From Phycisphaerae bacterium (GTDB taxonomy: Bacteria > Planctomycetota > Phycisphaerae > SM23-33), in contig WRDM01000002.1 of NCBI GenBank assembly GCA_009783465.1, positions 42,097 to 106,096 of the forward strand: a stretch of 64,000 nt of DNA, in the 5' to 3' direction. Made by a program: the position numbers and the translations under genes. Below, piece by piece: positions 63,568 through 64,000 of this stretch (the first letter of the stretch is position 1; every line of letters starts with the position of its first letter). The notes under the pieces are model-generated. The model made no database searches. It was given only the letters and a program-made list of their open reading frames with translations, and had not been told where the DNA came from.

Positions 63568-64000
63568 ATGAACAGTGTGACGCCCGTGGTGCGCGCCAAA
63601 ACCAAACCCGACAGGCCTGCCGACGCGAACGGCTCCTCGCCCGTCTGCGAAATCTCGCCCAACCTGCAAGCCGTGCTGTCGGCTTTGGAAAAACGTCTCG
63701 GCACGCAGAAATTCAACGCGTGGTTCCGGCACGGGCTTCGGCTGACGCTGGAAGGCGACGTGCTCCGCGTGTTCGCCTCGAACGCGTTCGCGGCGAACTG
63801 GATCGACACGCACTACTCTCGCGATTTGTCGGCCGTCGCGACGGAACAACTTGCCTTGGCGGTGACGGTTTCGGTGGCGGTCGATCACGGCCTGACGGGC
63901 GACCTGCGGAAGCGGCAACGCGATTCGCAGGCGACGGCGGTAGACATGGCCGTGCAGGGGCGCGCCCGGTCGCGGCAGGCGGGCGAAGCATCGCCGTTGC
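63568..64000 (+). CDS. dnaA: chromosomal replication initiator DnaA, N-terminal part (runs off window)
   Basis: MNSVTPVVRAKTKPD...LQAVLSALEKRLGTQKFNAWFRHGLRLTLEGDVLRVFASNAFAANWIDTHYSRDL matches DnaA domain I; open to window end; not in ORF track because no stop. Confidence 0.75.
   Translation, partial: MNSVTPVVRAKTKPDRPADANGSSPVCEISPNLQAVLSALEKRLGTQKFNAWFRHGLRLTLEGDVLRVFASNAFAANWIDTHYSRDLSAVATEQLALAVTVSVAVDHGLTGDLRKRQRDSQATAVDMAVQGRARSRQAGEASPL

Noticed and set aside
1-64000. CRISPR array
   Set aside because: The repeats are individually palindromic and scattered singly. There are no regularly spaced direct repeats with unique spacers and no cas genes.

Overview
This is a GC-rich (about 65-70%) bacterial chromosome segment with planctomycete-like gene content. 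It carries five PEP-CTERM proteins, an Alternative Complex III and a dcw cluster that lacks the ftsZ-proximal half.

Read 5' to 3' the window contains:
- an MFS transporter tail, a GT39-like glycosyltransferase, metY and a His-repeat lipoprotein;
- one plus-strand respiratory operon, actB / actC-actD fusion / actF / actA / ccoN / ccoO-cytochrome c fusion / three small membrane proteins / a monoheme cytochrome c, which is ACIII plus a cbb3 oxidase;
- tRNA-Ser(GCU), a hemerythrin-like protein and a TPR protein;
- a minus-strand dcw cluster: murG, ftsW, mraY, murF, murE, ftsI, an ftsL-like gene, a two-LysM membrane protein, rsmH, a small ORF and mraZ. murD is missing from its usual slot;
- five PEP-CTERM proteins, a GT4 glycosyltransferase, a tandem ABC-2 permease, a GH78-like hydrolase, ribD with a low-GC C-terminal extension, a PQQ-like beta-propeller, a Gfo/Idh/MocA oxidoreductase and a URO-D family protein;
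- a low-GC island with an unknown membrane protein, then hflX, an ECF sigma factor, an inactive/active M16 peptidase pair, an L,D-transpeptidase, a 909-aa secreted protein, ferritin and a GNAT acetyltransferase;
- the 5' end of dnaA, preceded by DnaA boxes.

The dominant non-genic signal is an extraordinary load of small palindromic repeat families, at least nine, filling almost every intergenic gap. One family is inserted in-frame and stop-free, in both orientations, inside conserved protein-coding genes (actB, the actC/actD junction, murE, murF, ribD, GT39, GT4, a GNAT gene and a small membrane protein). This mimics Rickettsia palindromic elements and I flag it as the most likely novel system. 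A second family, long hairpins of about 145 nt, is always co-oriented with the operon it sits in.
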